From: Candidatus Omnitrophota bacterium
GTDB lineage: Bacteria; Omnitrophota; Gorgyraeia; JAFGHF01
Assembly (NCBI GenBank): GCA_020341815.1
Contig: CP070837.1
Span: forward strand, 465,743-529,742
Direction of reading: 5' to 3'
Length of the DNA stretch: 64,000 bases
The translations under genes were made by a program, and so were the position numbers. The notes below the pieces were generated by a model, which ran no database searches, was not told where the DNA came from, and saw nothing but the letters and a program-made list of their open reading frames with translations. Below, piece after piece: positions 1 through 8,506 of the stretch; the stretch's first letter is position 1, and each line of letters starts with the position of its first letter.

Positions 1-543
1 CAGATGACAGGTAATAATTTTTAATGATTTTAGGGGCTTGCCTAAAACTTTAGCCGCCTGCATGGATACATAGCGATGGCTTGTGCCGTGAAAACCATAG
101 CGGCGAATGCCTTCCTTCTTATAAACTTCATAAGGCAGACCGTAAAGATAAGCATAAGGCGGCATAGTCTGATGAAAGGCCGTATCGAAAACAGCCACCT
201 GACTAAGACCGGGAAATAAACGCTGGCAAACATGTATTCCCGTCAGATTAGGTAAATTATGTAACGGGGCGAGCCTGCTGTATTGCTTTATTGCCTTAAT
301 TACCTCTTTATTTATTAAAGTGGATTCCTTAAACTTCTCTCCCCCGTGCACGACCCTATGGCCTATGGCATCCAGAGAAGAAATAATTTTCCCGCGGCGC
401 TTCTTTAGGGTACGGATAACTGCCTCTACTGCGCCCTCGCCGCTTCTTTCCAGGATCCCTTTTTCCAGGCACCTCTCACCCGGCATATCATAAAGCTGAT
501 ATTTAACGGAAGAGGAGCCGCAATTCAATACTAAAATTAACAT
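1..543 (-). CDS. ackA: Acetate kinase (N-terminal part, runs off the window edge)
   Basis: Not in the ORF track. Hand translation from ATG at 543 gives MLILVLNCGSSSVKYQL...AIGHRVVHGGEKF, both acetate kinase signatures. Directly follows pta. Confidence 0.93.
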   Translation of the reverse strand, partial: MLILVLNCGSSSVKYQLYDMPGERCLEKGILERSGEGAVEAVIRTLKKRRGKIISSLDAIGHRVVHGGEKFKESTLINKEVIKAIKQYSRLAPLHNLPNLTGIHVCQRLFPGLSQVAVFDTAFHQTMPPYAYLYGLPYEVYKKEGIRRYGFHGTSHRYVSMQAAKVLGKPLKSLKIITCHL

Positions 544-544
544 A

Positions 545-1540
545 TCACTTAGCCATAACGGCTGTTACTGCAATAGCGTCAATAATTTCTTTAGGGCTGG
601 CGCCGCGCGATAAATCGCAGCAGGGACGGGACACGCCCTGGATAATCGGGCCCACTACCCTTGCCCCGGCAAGCCGCTGCATCAACTTATAGGCAATGTT
701 GCCGGCATCCAGACTGGGAAATATTAAAATATTGGCCCTTCCGGCCAGGGGGCTATCGGGAACTTTTATCCGGGCTACAAAAGGCTCAACCGCACTATCA
801 ACCTGCATCTCCCCGTCAATAATCAAATCCGGTCTGGTCTTCTTTAAGATTTCCGCCGCATCTCTGACTCTATCCACCGAAGGGGCCGAACTTGAACCTC
901 TTGTGGAAAAACTTAACATTGCCAGGCGCCCCTTGTAGCCTGTAATCTTGGCCCAGACATCGCAGGAAGCCATACCAATAGCAACTAACTGTTGAGTTGT
1001 AGGCAAAGGCACAACCGCACAATCGGCAAACAGAAACAGCCCTCTTTCGCCGTATCGCCTGTCTTTTACCTCCACCAGGAAAGACCCCGAAGCCGTGGAA
1101 TATCTGGAGTCCTTTTCAATACAGTGAAGAATTGCCCTGACAACATCGGAAGTCTTGTGGGCAGCACCGGCAACAAAGCCGTCAACCCTGCCCTCACGTA
1201 ACATCATCGCTCCATAATAAACAAAATTCTTCAGGAGTAAATCACGGGCGTACTGAACAGTTATGCCCCTGTGTTTTCTCAAATTCCAGTAAGCCCTTGC
1301 GCAAGCATCCAACCCCTCATCTTGCCTCGGGTCGATAATCTCAATTTTGCCGGTATCCAATCTGACTTTTTTGGCTTTTTTAACAATTAGGTCTTTCTCA
1401 CCCAGAAGGACAATGCGGGCCAGCTTTTCTTTTACGGCAAAAGCAACCGCTTCAAGGACACGCCCCTCATCGCCCTCCGGCAAAACAATTCTTTTGGGAT
1501 TTCTCCTTGCCTGGCGATAAATTTTATCAAAGATATTCAT
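545..1540 (-). CDS. pta: Phosphate acetyltransferase (short Pta)
   Basis: RIVLPEG, FADCAVVP, IDGEMQVDSA, ANILIFPSLDAGNIAYKL, DLSRG motifs. Start moved to ATG 1540, which overlaps the coaD stop (ATGA). Confidence 0.92.
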   Translation of the reverse strand: MNIFDKIYRQARRNPKRIVLPEGDEGRVLEAVAFAVKEKLARIVLLGEKDLIVKKAKKVRLDTGKIEIIDPRQDEGLDACARAYWNLRKHRGITVQYARDLLLKNFVYYGAMMLREGRVDGFVAGAAHKTSDVVRAILHCIEKDSRYSTASGSFLVEVKDRRYGERGLFLFADCAVVPLPTTQQLVAIGMASCDVWAKITGYKGRLAMLSFSTRGSSSAPSVDRVRDAAEILKKTRPDLIIDGEMQVDSAVEPFVARIKVPDSPLAGRANILIFPSLDAGNIAYKLMQRLAGARVVGPIIQGVSRPCCDLSRGASPKEIIDAIAVTAVMAK

Positions 1541-2028
1541 TTGGCCCTCTTTACCAAACGTTGTTTCAACTTTTGTTCTACAAAACCGGGCACGAAGTCT
1601 CTCAAGCTTGCCCCGAGTGAGGCGGCCTCTTTTATAAGCTTGGAAGAAAGATAACAATAGGCCTCATTGGGCATCATATAAATAGTCTCGATTTCGGGGT
1701 TTAGTCTCCTGTTGGTCAGGGCCATCTGAAACTCATATTCAAAATCGGAAATCATCCTAAGGCCCCGCAGCATCACCCGCGCCTTTTTTCTCTTTACATA
1801 ATTCACCAGAAGTCCGTCAAAGCTTTCAATATTTGTGCGGGGAATCTTTGCGGTTGCCGCTTTAAGCATCTGGACCCTTTCCTTGAGCGAAAAAAGCACC
1901 TCTTTCTGAGGGTGCATGGCTACGGCTATAATCACCTGCTCAAATATTCTTGTTGCCCGCTTGATTAAGTCTATGTGCCCATAGGTCACCGGGTCAAAAG
2001 TGCCTGGGTAGATAGCTGTTCTTTTCAC
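1537..2028 (-). CDS. coaD: Pantetheine-phosphate adenylyltransferase
   Basis: IYPGTFDPVTYGHIDLI, RGLRMISDFEYE, LSSKLIKE. Confidence 0.97.
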   Translation of the reverse strand: MKRTAIYPGTFDPVTYGHIDLIKRATRIFEQVIIAVAMHPQKEVLFSLKERVQMLKAATAKIPRTNIESFDGLLVNYVKRKKARVMLRGLRMISDFEYEFQMALTNRRLNPEIETIYMMPNEAYCYLSSKLIKEAASLGASLRDFVPGFVEQKLKQRLVKRAK

Positions 2029-2597
2029 TATTCTTCCTTGTTTTGCTCCATTTGATAAAAAGAGAGGGTTGTATCTCCGTAGGTCTTAGTAAAAATTAAG
2101 CTAAGCCCGCGAAAAAGATGCGGTAGAACCTCCTTTTTATGGTGCTCGGCAACAACATAAGCACGAGGCTTTAATATATCATAAAGAGTGATTTTTATCA
2201 AGCTGTTTTTCAGCTGGTTTTCGTAATATGGAGGGTCTAAAAAAATAAAATCAAACTTCTCATGCCTCTGGTTAAGCACCCTGAGAGCCCTTTCGGCATT
2301 AAGGGGCAATAAAACCGTCTCTGTCTCCTTTATCCCCAGGCGCTTCAAGTTCTCCTTAATCGTCTTGATGCAGGCACGGTTATTTTCCACAAAAAAGACC
2401 TTATCTGCCCCGCGGCTTTTGGCCTCAATGCCAACATTTCCGCTACCGGCAAAAAGCTCAAGGAAAGAAGCTCCGCGTATCTGATTACCCAGGATGCAGA
2501 ATAAGGCCTCTTTAACCTTCTGGGACGTTCCCCGCAGCTTTACCCCCTTGGGAACACTTAAATTGCGACCTTTAAACTTTCCCGCTATTATCCGCAT
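2028..2597 (-). CDS. rsmD: 16S rRNA m2G966 methyltransferase
   Basis: MRIIAGKFKGR, LELFAGSG, FLDPPY; usual recG-rsmD-coaD order. Confidence 0.93.
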   Translation of the reverse strand: MRIIAGKFKGRNLSVPKGVKLRGTSQKVKEALFCILGNQIRGASFLELFAGSGNVGIEAKSRGADKVFFVENNRACIKTIKENLKRLGIKETETVLLPLNAERALRVLNQRHEKFDFIFLDPPYYENQLKNSLIKITLYDILKPRAYVVAEHHKKEVLPHLFRGLSLIFTKTYGDTTLSFYQMEQNKEE

Positions 2598-2599
2598 AG

Positions 2600-4672
2600 T
2601 TACACCGAAATTAACTCTACATTCTTGGAACGAAGTCTCTCTTTGACCTTTTCGCGAATAAGCGAATGCTGATGGCTTTTAAGCTCCGGGTCACGCTTCA
2701 CTAAGGAAAAAGCACTATCCCGCGCAAGCTCCATCAACTCCATATCCTTAACGATATTTCCCAGCTTCAATTCCGGCAGGCCGTGTTGGGCCGGACCAAA
2801 AACTTTCCCCGGGCCGCGAATATCCAAATCTTCCTGGGCCAGGCGAAAGCCATCCTGGGTATTAACAAGAGCGTCAATGCGCAACTTCGCCTTCTCTGTT
2901 GCACCGGCTTGAGAGACTAAAATGCAGTAAGACGGATGCGACCCCCGGCCAATCCTTCCTCTTAACTGATGCAGCTGGCTCAGGCCAAATCTCTCTGCAT
3001 GCTTAATCACCATTACCGAGGCATTGGGAATATCTATACCCACCTCAATCACAGTGGTAGCAACCAGTATATCTATCTTACGATTTTTAAAATCCTGCAT
3101 GGCTTTTTCTTTTTCTAACCTTTTCATCCGGCCGTGAATAAGCCCGATCCTGCTTGTGCTAAATTCACTCTTACGTAAACTCTCATACATCTCGGTAGCA
3201 GCTCTAAGCTCCAAACGGGGACTGTTTTCAATCAGGGGATAGACAATATAGGCCTGCCTGCCGCCAGATACTTCCTGACGGATAAAATTATATACATCTT
3301 TGAGGGCGCTCTCTTTAACCCAGACAGTGGAGATAGGCACTCTCCCCTTCGGCAGCTCCTTTATTGTGGAGATATCCAAATCCGCATAAAGAGTCATAGC
3401 CAATGTGCGCGGGATGGGCGTGGCGGTCATTATCAGGCAATCCGGCCTCCCTCCCTTTTTGCGCAAAGAAGACCTCTGCAGGGTGCCAAACTTATGCTGT
3501 TCATCAATTACTACCAGCCCCAACTTCTTAAACTCTATCTCTTTTTCAATCAGGGCGTGGGTGCCTACAACTATATCTACTGTCCCTGATTTTATATCCT
3601 CAAGCGCCTCCAGTTTAGCTTTAGGGCTCATGCTCCCTATCAAAAGCCCCACACTGACATCCAAAGGTGCAAATAATTTACTTAACAAAAGATAATGCTG
3701 CTCGGCCAGAATCTCCGTAGGAGCCATAACTGCGGCCTGAAATCCGGATTGCACACTTAAAATGAGGGCATAAGCGGCCACTATGGTCTTTCCTGAGCCC
3801 ACATCCCCCTGCAGAAGCCTGTTCATTTCTTTTGAGGATGCCATATCCTCTTCTATCTCCTTAATGGCCTTATTTTGTGCGGAAGTCAACTTAAAAGGCA
3901 AAATCTTTAAAAAATCTTTTATCAACTTCTCTTCTGTTTTATGGGTGATGCCCAATTCTCTCTTGTTGCGCCAATATCTCTTCAGGGCAAAAATCATCTG
4001 CAGCAGAAAGAACTCATCAAACACCAGTCTGCGATAAGCCGAACTCTCCGAGTTGCTGTCATTAGGAAAATGGATATGCCTTATAGCCAGAGTTAAAGGC
4101 AAGAGATTTAACTTCTTCTTCAATTCATAAGGCAGCATATCCGGAATAAAGGAAGTAAACTTTTGAATTGTCCTGTCAATGACAGTGCGCAGGTATCTCT
4201 GTTTAAGATTGGCAGTCAAAGGATAAATGGGGACAATTCTGCCTATATGCAAAGATGAATCTTTCTCAAACTCAGAAATAAGTTCAAAATCAGGGGTATT
4301 CATCTGCAGCAAGGGGCGCCTGGCGACCTTGCCATAGAGGATTAACTTATCTCCTATCTTAAAATACTTTTTCATAAAGGGCTGATTAAACCAGATAGCC
4401 GAAAGCACACCGCTCTCATCCCCCACGGCAATCTCGAATATGGAAAGGCCTCGCCTGCTGCGCCGAAAGCTCAAGTTGATTATCTCTCCTTTTACCGTGG
4501 CAAAATCATTCGCCTGCACTTCAGCAATAGGGGAAAACGTTCTCCTGTCCTCGTATCTGCGGGGAAAGTAATAAAGAAGGTCGCCAACGGTATAGATATT
4601 CAAGCGATTCAATAACTTGAATCTCGCCGGCCCCACGCCTTTGATATATTGAACGGAATCTTTTAAATGCAT
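2600..4672 (-). CDS. recG: ATP-dependent DNA helicase RecG
   Basis: LLQGDVGSGKT, IDEQHKFG, MTATPIPRTL, QLRGRIGRG. Confidence 0.97.
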   Translation of the reverse strand: MHLKDSVQYIKGVGPARFKLLNRLNIYTVGDLLYYFPRRYEDRRTFSPIAEVQANDFATVKGEIINLSFRRSRRGLSIFEIAVGDESGVLSAIWFNQPFMKKYFKIGDKLILYGKVARRPLLQMNTPDFELISEFEKDSSLHIGRIVPIYPLTANLKQRYLRTVIDRTIQKFTSFIPDMLPYELKKKLNLLPLTLAIRHIHFPNDSNSESSAYRRLVFDEFFLLQMIFALKRYWRNKRELGITHKTEEKLIKDFLKILPFKLTSAQNKAIKEIEEDMASSKEMNRLLQGDVGSGKTIVAAYALILSVQSGFQAAVMAPTEILAEQHYLLLSKLFAPLDVSVGLLIGSMSPKAKLEALEDIKSGTVDIVVGTHALIEKEIEFKKLGLVVIDEQHKFGTLQRSSLRKKGGRPDCLIMTATPIPRTLAMTLYADLDISTIKELPKGRVPISTVWVKESALKDVYNFIRQEVSGGRQAYIVYPLIENSPRLELRAATEMYESLRKSEFSTSRIGLIHGRMKRLEKEKAMQDFKNRKIDILVATTVIEVGIDIPNASVMVIKHAERFGLSQLHQLRGRIGRGSHPSYCILVSQAGATEKAKLRIDALVNTQDGFRLAQEDLDIRGPGKVFGPAQHGLPELKLGNIVKDMELMELARDSAFSLVKRDPELKSHQHSLIREKVKERLRSKNVELISV

Positions 4673-6015
4673 GCTTTGGTAAAGTTTGTATCTACGGTCT
4701 TAACCTTAACCTCTCTTAAACTATTTATATCTTTTTTGTCAGCATTTTCTACGATAATGCGGATATAATTTTCGGAATATCCGCAAAAACTACTGCTTTT
4801 TTTGTCCCGTTGAGATTCTATTAACACTTCTAACCTCTTTCCTAAAAAGCGCTTTCGGAACTTATAAGAGCACGCGCTGGCCACTTTCTTTAATAAATCT
4901 GCCCGCGCCTTAACTACTTCCTTCTCAATATGCCCTTCCAAATTAAAGGCCGCTGTCTTTGCGCGAGGACTGAAAGAAAAGACGTGAGTTCTCAAAGGGC
5001 AAATCTCTTTTAAAGCGCGCATAGTATTGCGAAAGTTTTTTTCTTTTTCTTGCGGAAAACCCACCAGGACATCCGTAGTTATAGCGATATTCTTGATTTT
5101 CTTATTAAGCTTTGTGATTAAAGAAAGATAATCCTTAATTGAATATCGGCGGTTCATTTTCTTCAGGATATTGTTATCTCCGCTTTGTAAGGGGATGTGC
5201 AGATGCGGGCAAATCCTCTTGCTGTTTGCCATTATTTCTATCAGCTTGTTACTGATAAGGTTAGGCTCAATGGAACTCAAACGCAGACGAAATTCACCTT
5301 TTATATTTTCCAGGGCCTCTAAGGCCTGCGCCAATTCAATATCTCTATAACGATAAGCGCCCAGACAGATACCGGTTAAGACTATCTCCTTAAACCCCCT
5401 CTTTACCAGGCGTTTACACTCGGCAATAATCTCTTTCTGTGGGCGGCTCCTGGAGACACCGCGGACTAAGGGCACCTTGCAGTAAGAGCAGAAATTGCTG
5501 CAGCCGTCCTGTATTTTTACAAAAGCGCGCTCATGCCCCTTAAAATCGGATATTTTAAGAGGGGTAAATTTTCCGTTGTTCGTTGTTCGTAGTTCATAGT
5601 TCGTAGAAGATAAAAAATCGATAATCCTATGCTTCTGCTGATTGGGGAGAATGTGGATTTTATCGGACATCCCTAAGATATCGAGAGGCACCTCATTAGC
5701 ATAACAGCCCGTAACAATAATTCTGGACTCAGGATTTAAGCGAAAGGCCCCTCTGATTAGGCGGCGAGAATCCCTGTCGGCCTCATCAGTAACAGTGCAG
5801 GTATTGACAATATAAATATCTGCCTTCTTGCCCTTCTCTTCCTTGAAGGCAGCCTCTAACAACAACTCTCTTAAACCTTGAGTCTCGTACTGATTGACTT
5901 TGCAGCCAAGCGTATAGAACTTTACCCCGCCCTTCCTTCTATTGCCTTCATCCACATCTATTATGCAAGGCGTGGTATCTGGAAGGGCGGGGTTTACTCT
6001 TTTTTTGTATCGCAT
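4663..6015 (-). CDS. mtaB: tRNA t6A37 methylthiotransferase MtaB, carrying two repeat-derived in-frame insertions
   Basis: TLGCKVNQYETQ, NTCTVT, VKIQDGCSNFCSYC radical SAM motif, HVFSFSPR. Confidence 0.9.
   Translation of the reverse strand: MRYKKRVNPALPDTTPCIIDVDEGNRRKGGVKFYTLGCKVNQYETQGLRELLLEAAFKEEKGKKADIYIVNTCTVTDEADRDSRRLIRGAFRLNPESRIIVTGCYANEVPLDILGMSDKIHILPNQQKHRIIDFLSSTNYELRTTNNGKFTPLKISDFKGHERAFVKIQDGCSNFCSYCKVPLVRGVSRSRPQKEIIAECKRLVKRGFKEIVLTGICLGAYRYRDIELAQALEALENIKGEFRLRLSSIEPNLISNKLIEIMANSKRICPHLHIPLQSGDNNILKKMNRRYSIKDYLSLITKLNKKIKNIAITTDVLVGFPQEKEKNFRNTMRALKEICPLRTHVFSFSPRAKTAAFNLEGHIEKEVVKARADLLKKVASACSYKFRKRFLGKRLEVLIESQRDKKSSSFCGYSENYIRIIVENADKKDINSLREVKVKTVDTNFTKACI
5574..5606. 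repeat. Heptamer tandem array (CGTTGTT, CGTTGTT, CGTAGTT, CATAGTT, CGTAG) inside mtaB
   Basis: Read directly from the sequence; encodes STNYELRTTNN in the interdomain linker. Confidence 0.8.
5922..5997. mobile_element. 72-bp palindromic MITE/REP-like in-frame insertion in mtaB
   Basis: Perfect 13-bp inverted repeat ACCCCGCCCTTCC (5924-5936) / GGAAGGGCGGGGT (5981-5993). TTAC recurs exactly 72 bp apart. Removal restores RV-KFYTLGC. Confidence 0.75.
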
Positions 6016-6016
6016 A

Positions 6017-6709
6017 TTACTTCTCTAACAGGGCTCTCGCCAGGCAAAGGTCGAAGGGCTTGGTAATCTTTATATTCCGCCTGCTCCCTTCCGCTAATTT
6101 AACTTTCCTTTTAAGCCTGAATAAAAGCTGGGCATCGTCAGTGGCGTTATTAATTCCTTCTTTCTTTGCCTTCCGGTGAGCCTGAATAAGTAAATCAAAT
6201 CTCGCGGCCTGGGGCGTCTGGATATTCATAAGTCTATCCCTGCAAAGAAAAGCATCAATAAAATTACCTTTTGTCTCTACGATAGTATCTATTGTCCTGA
6301 TTGCAGCGCTTGCCGCGCCAAAGAGAAAAGCCGCTTTTATAACTCTTGAGATAATCTCTTCATTAACAAAAGGACGCACACCATCATGAATTATTACATA
6401 ATCGCAATCTTTGATTTCCTCAAGGGCATTAAATACCGATTGCTGTCTGTCTTTGCCGCCTCTAACCACCTGCTTAATCTTTTTGTAATTGTATTTTTTA
6501 ATCAGATTGTGACATTGGCGCATAATATTTTTGTGCGCTACCAGTATAATGCCGTCAATTGCCCTGCATCTTTCAAATACATCCAGAGAGTAGCTCAAAA
6601 TGGGCCTGCCCTTAATCTTTATCAACTGCTTGGGGATCTTTGAGTTCATTCTCCTTGAATATCCCCCGGCTAAAATTATCGCTTTAACCTTTTTGGAATT
6701 GCTTTTCAT
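6017..6709 (-). CDS. ispD: 2-C-methyl-D-erythritol 4-phosphate cytidylyltransferase
   Basis: AIILAGGYSRRM, PKQL, IHDGVRPF, IQTPQ, TDDA, NIKIT. Confidence 0.9.
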   Translation of the reverse strand: MKSNSKKVKAIILAGGYSRRMNSKIPKQLIKIKGRPILSYSLDVFERCRAIDGIILVAHKNIMRQCHNLIKKYNYKKIKQVVRGGKDRQQSVFNALEEIKDCDYVIIHDGVRPFVNEEIISRVIKAAFLFGAASAAIRTIDTIVETKGNFIDAFLCRDRLMNIQTPQAARFDLLIQAHRKAKKEGINNATDDAQLLFRLKRKVKLAEGSRRNIKITKPFDLCLARALLEK

Positions 6710-6711
6710 GC

Positions 6712-8505
6712 CTATCTGCCTATTTCTTTTATGGCCTGAATGACCTCGGGATGTTCCGGCTCAATCTCAAGGGCCGCTTCATATTCTTTTAAGGCCGCCT
6801 CCTTCAAACCCTCTTCCTGATAGATTGTGCCTAAATTATAATGGGCGGCGCAGTCATCAGGCTTAAGAGAAAGAGCTTTCTCAAACTCCTCTTTTGCCTG
6901 TTGTCTTTGCCCCATCTGGTTATAGACAATTCCTAAATTAAAATGGGCGTCATAAAAATAGGGGTTTATCGCAAGCGCCCTTTTATAATTATCGATGGCC
7001 CCTGATAAGTTATCCGTTTCATAACAGGCATTGCCCAGGCCCAGATAGCTCATAAAATCAAGGGAATTTAATTTCAGAGCGGCCTGATATTCCCTTGAGG
7101 CCTCCTCATAACGCTTTGCTTCAGATAAAACAACGCCTTTATTATAATGAAAGGAAAAGTTATTCCTGGCGGAGGCGCTTGCTGCGGCGATATTAGTCAA
7201 AAAATACAGCGCCGAAAATAAAACCGATGAAAAAATAACTCTCTTATATTGTCTCCTTCTGCATAACAGAAGAAGCTGCCAAAGGGAAAATGCGGCAAAG
7301 ATTATCAAATAGGGCAGAATAAGCAATCTATACCTGGAATTGACAAAGAAAGAAATTACAGCGAGTGCAGGGCCAAAGATAAAAAAGTAAAGAAGCCCTG
7401 CCCTTTTCCTGAGCGGCCAGGATAGAAACATCCCCAGAAGCCCCAGGGGTAAAACTAAAGAAAGACGGAAAAGGGGCATCTTTAGAAATCCTGCCTTTTC
7501 TGCAAATATATAGTATTCCATATCATCTATATGCTCTTGCGCATTCCAGAAGAGAACAAACTTTCTCCCCAATAGCTTCAGATAACTTAAAGGGTGTCTT
7601 TTGATAAAGTAAAATGAACGCCTGAACCAGAAATTAGACACTTCCGAAGGTTTTAATCTTTTGGCGCTTAGCTTCTCTGCGATAATCCGCGAGTCCTCAA
7701 TTAAGCCGCTTTGGGTAGAGCGCATATAAGGCGGAGGCTTAAACAGGCCGTTTGCCTGGGGATTATTGCCGATATAAAAGTTTATCCCGCTGTGAGCGGT
7801 AATAAAGACTTTATCGTTTGCAACTAAATAATTTCTTAAGGTTACGCCGCCAATAAGCAAGGAAAATGCCGCAAGGAAAGAGGCGGCATACAAAAGTATC
7901 CTTTTGAAGGATTCATCTTTCTTGTACTCATAGCCCATCCAGAATAAAATAAGGATGGCCAACAGAGAAAAAGAGGCCGCAGTTAATGCAGCCAGCCCTA
8001 AAACAAATCCTGCGACAAACCAGATTTTGCAATTAGGTGCCTCTTTCGCCTTCAAGAGCAAAAGCACTAAAAATAAACTTAAAAATATCGCTAAAGATGC
8101 CGGCAGAAGCATGCGGTCATAAAATATAAACATAGAATAACCGCAGGCAATGATAGATGCAACAACCCCTACTGCCCTGCCAAATACTCTTTCACCCACC
8201 AGATAAATCAACCCGCAGTTTAAGGCCCCGATAAATATCTGAATCAATATCAAATCAAAGACTTTTCCTGCGGAAAAAAGATAGGCCAGGCTTAAAAAAT
8301 ATGGATACAGAGGTAAGGCGCAAAAGACATCTTTGCCCAAAAAATTGCCGCGCAAAATGTCGCGGGCCCACTGAAGATAAAAATAACTGTCGCTTCCGGC
8401 ACCGGGTGAGATAAAGCCTGCTGTCTGGCTAAAATAGATAGAGCGCACGCTAAAAGCCAGAACCGCAAGCCCCAGAAAGATAAGCTTAAAGCTGGAAAGT
8501 CTCAA
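6712..8505 (-). CDS. Multi-pass GT-C (ArnT/PMT-like) glycosyltransferase with C-terminal TPR repeats
   Basis: Many TM segments, DSYFYLQWA, PLYPYFLS, NFYIGNNP, RYR, then TPR repeats (AHFNLG/AHYNLG). TTG start at 8505 inferred to avoid overlap. Confidence 0.75.
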   Translation of the reverse strand: MRLSSFKLIFLGLAVLAFSVRSIYFSQTAGFISPGAGSDSYFYLQWARDILRGNFLGKDVFCALPLYPYFLSLAYLFSAGKVFDLILIQIFIGALNCGLIYLVGERVFGRAVGVVASIIACGYSMFIFYDRMLLPASLAIFLSLFLVLLLLKAKEAPNCKIWFVAGFVLGLAALTAASFSLLAILILFWMGYEYKKDESFKRILLYAASFLAAFSLLIGGVTLRNYLVANDKVFITAHSGINFYIGNNPQANGLFKPPPYMRSTQSGLIEDSRIIAEKLSAKRLKPSEVSNFWFRRSFYFIKRHPLSYLKLLGRKFVLFWNAQEHIDDMEYYIFAEKAGFLKMPLFRLSLVLPLGLLGMFLSWPLRKRAGLLYFFIFGPALAVISFFVNSRYRLLILPYLIIFAAFSLWQLLLLCRRRQYKRVIFSSVLFSALYFLTNIAAASASARNNFSFHYNKGVVLSEAKRYEEASREYQAALKLNSLDFMSYLGLGNACYETDNLSGAIDNYKRALAINPYFYDAHFNLGIVYNQMGQRQQAKEEFEKALSLKPDDCAAHYNLGTIYQEEGLKEAALKEYEAALEIEPEHPEVIQAIKEIGR

Positions 8506-8506
8506 T

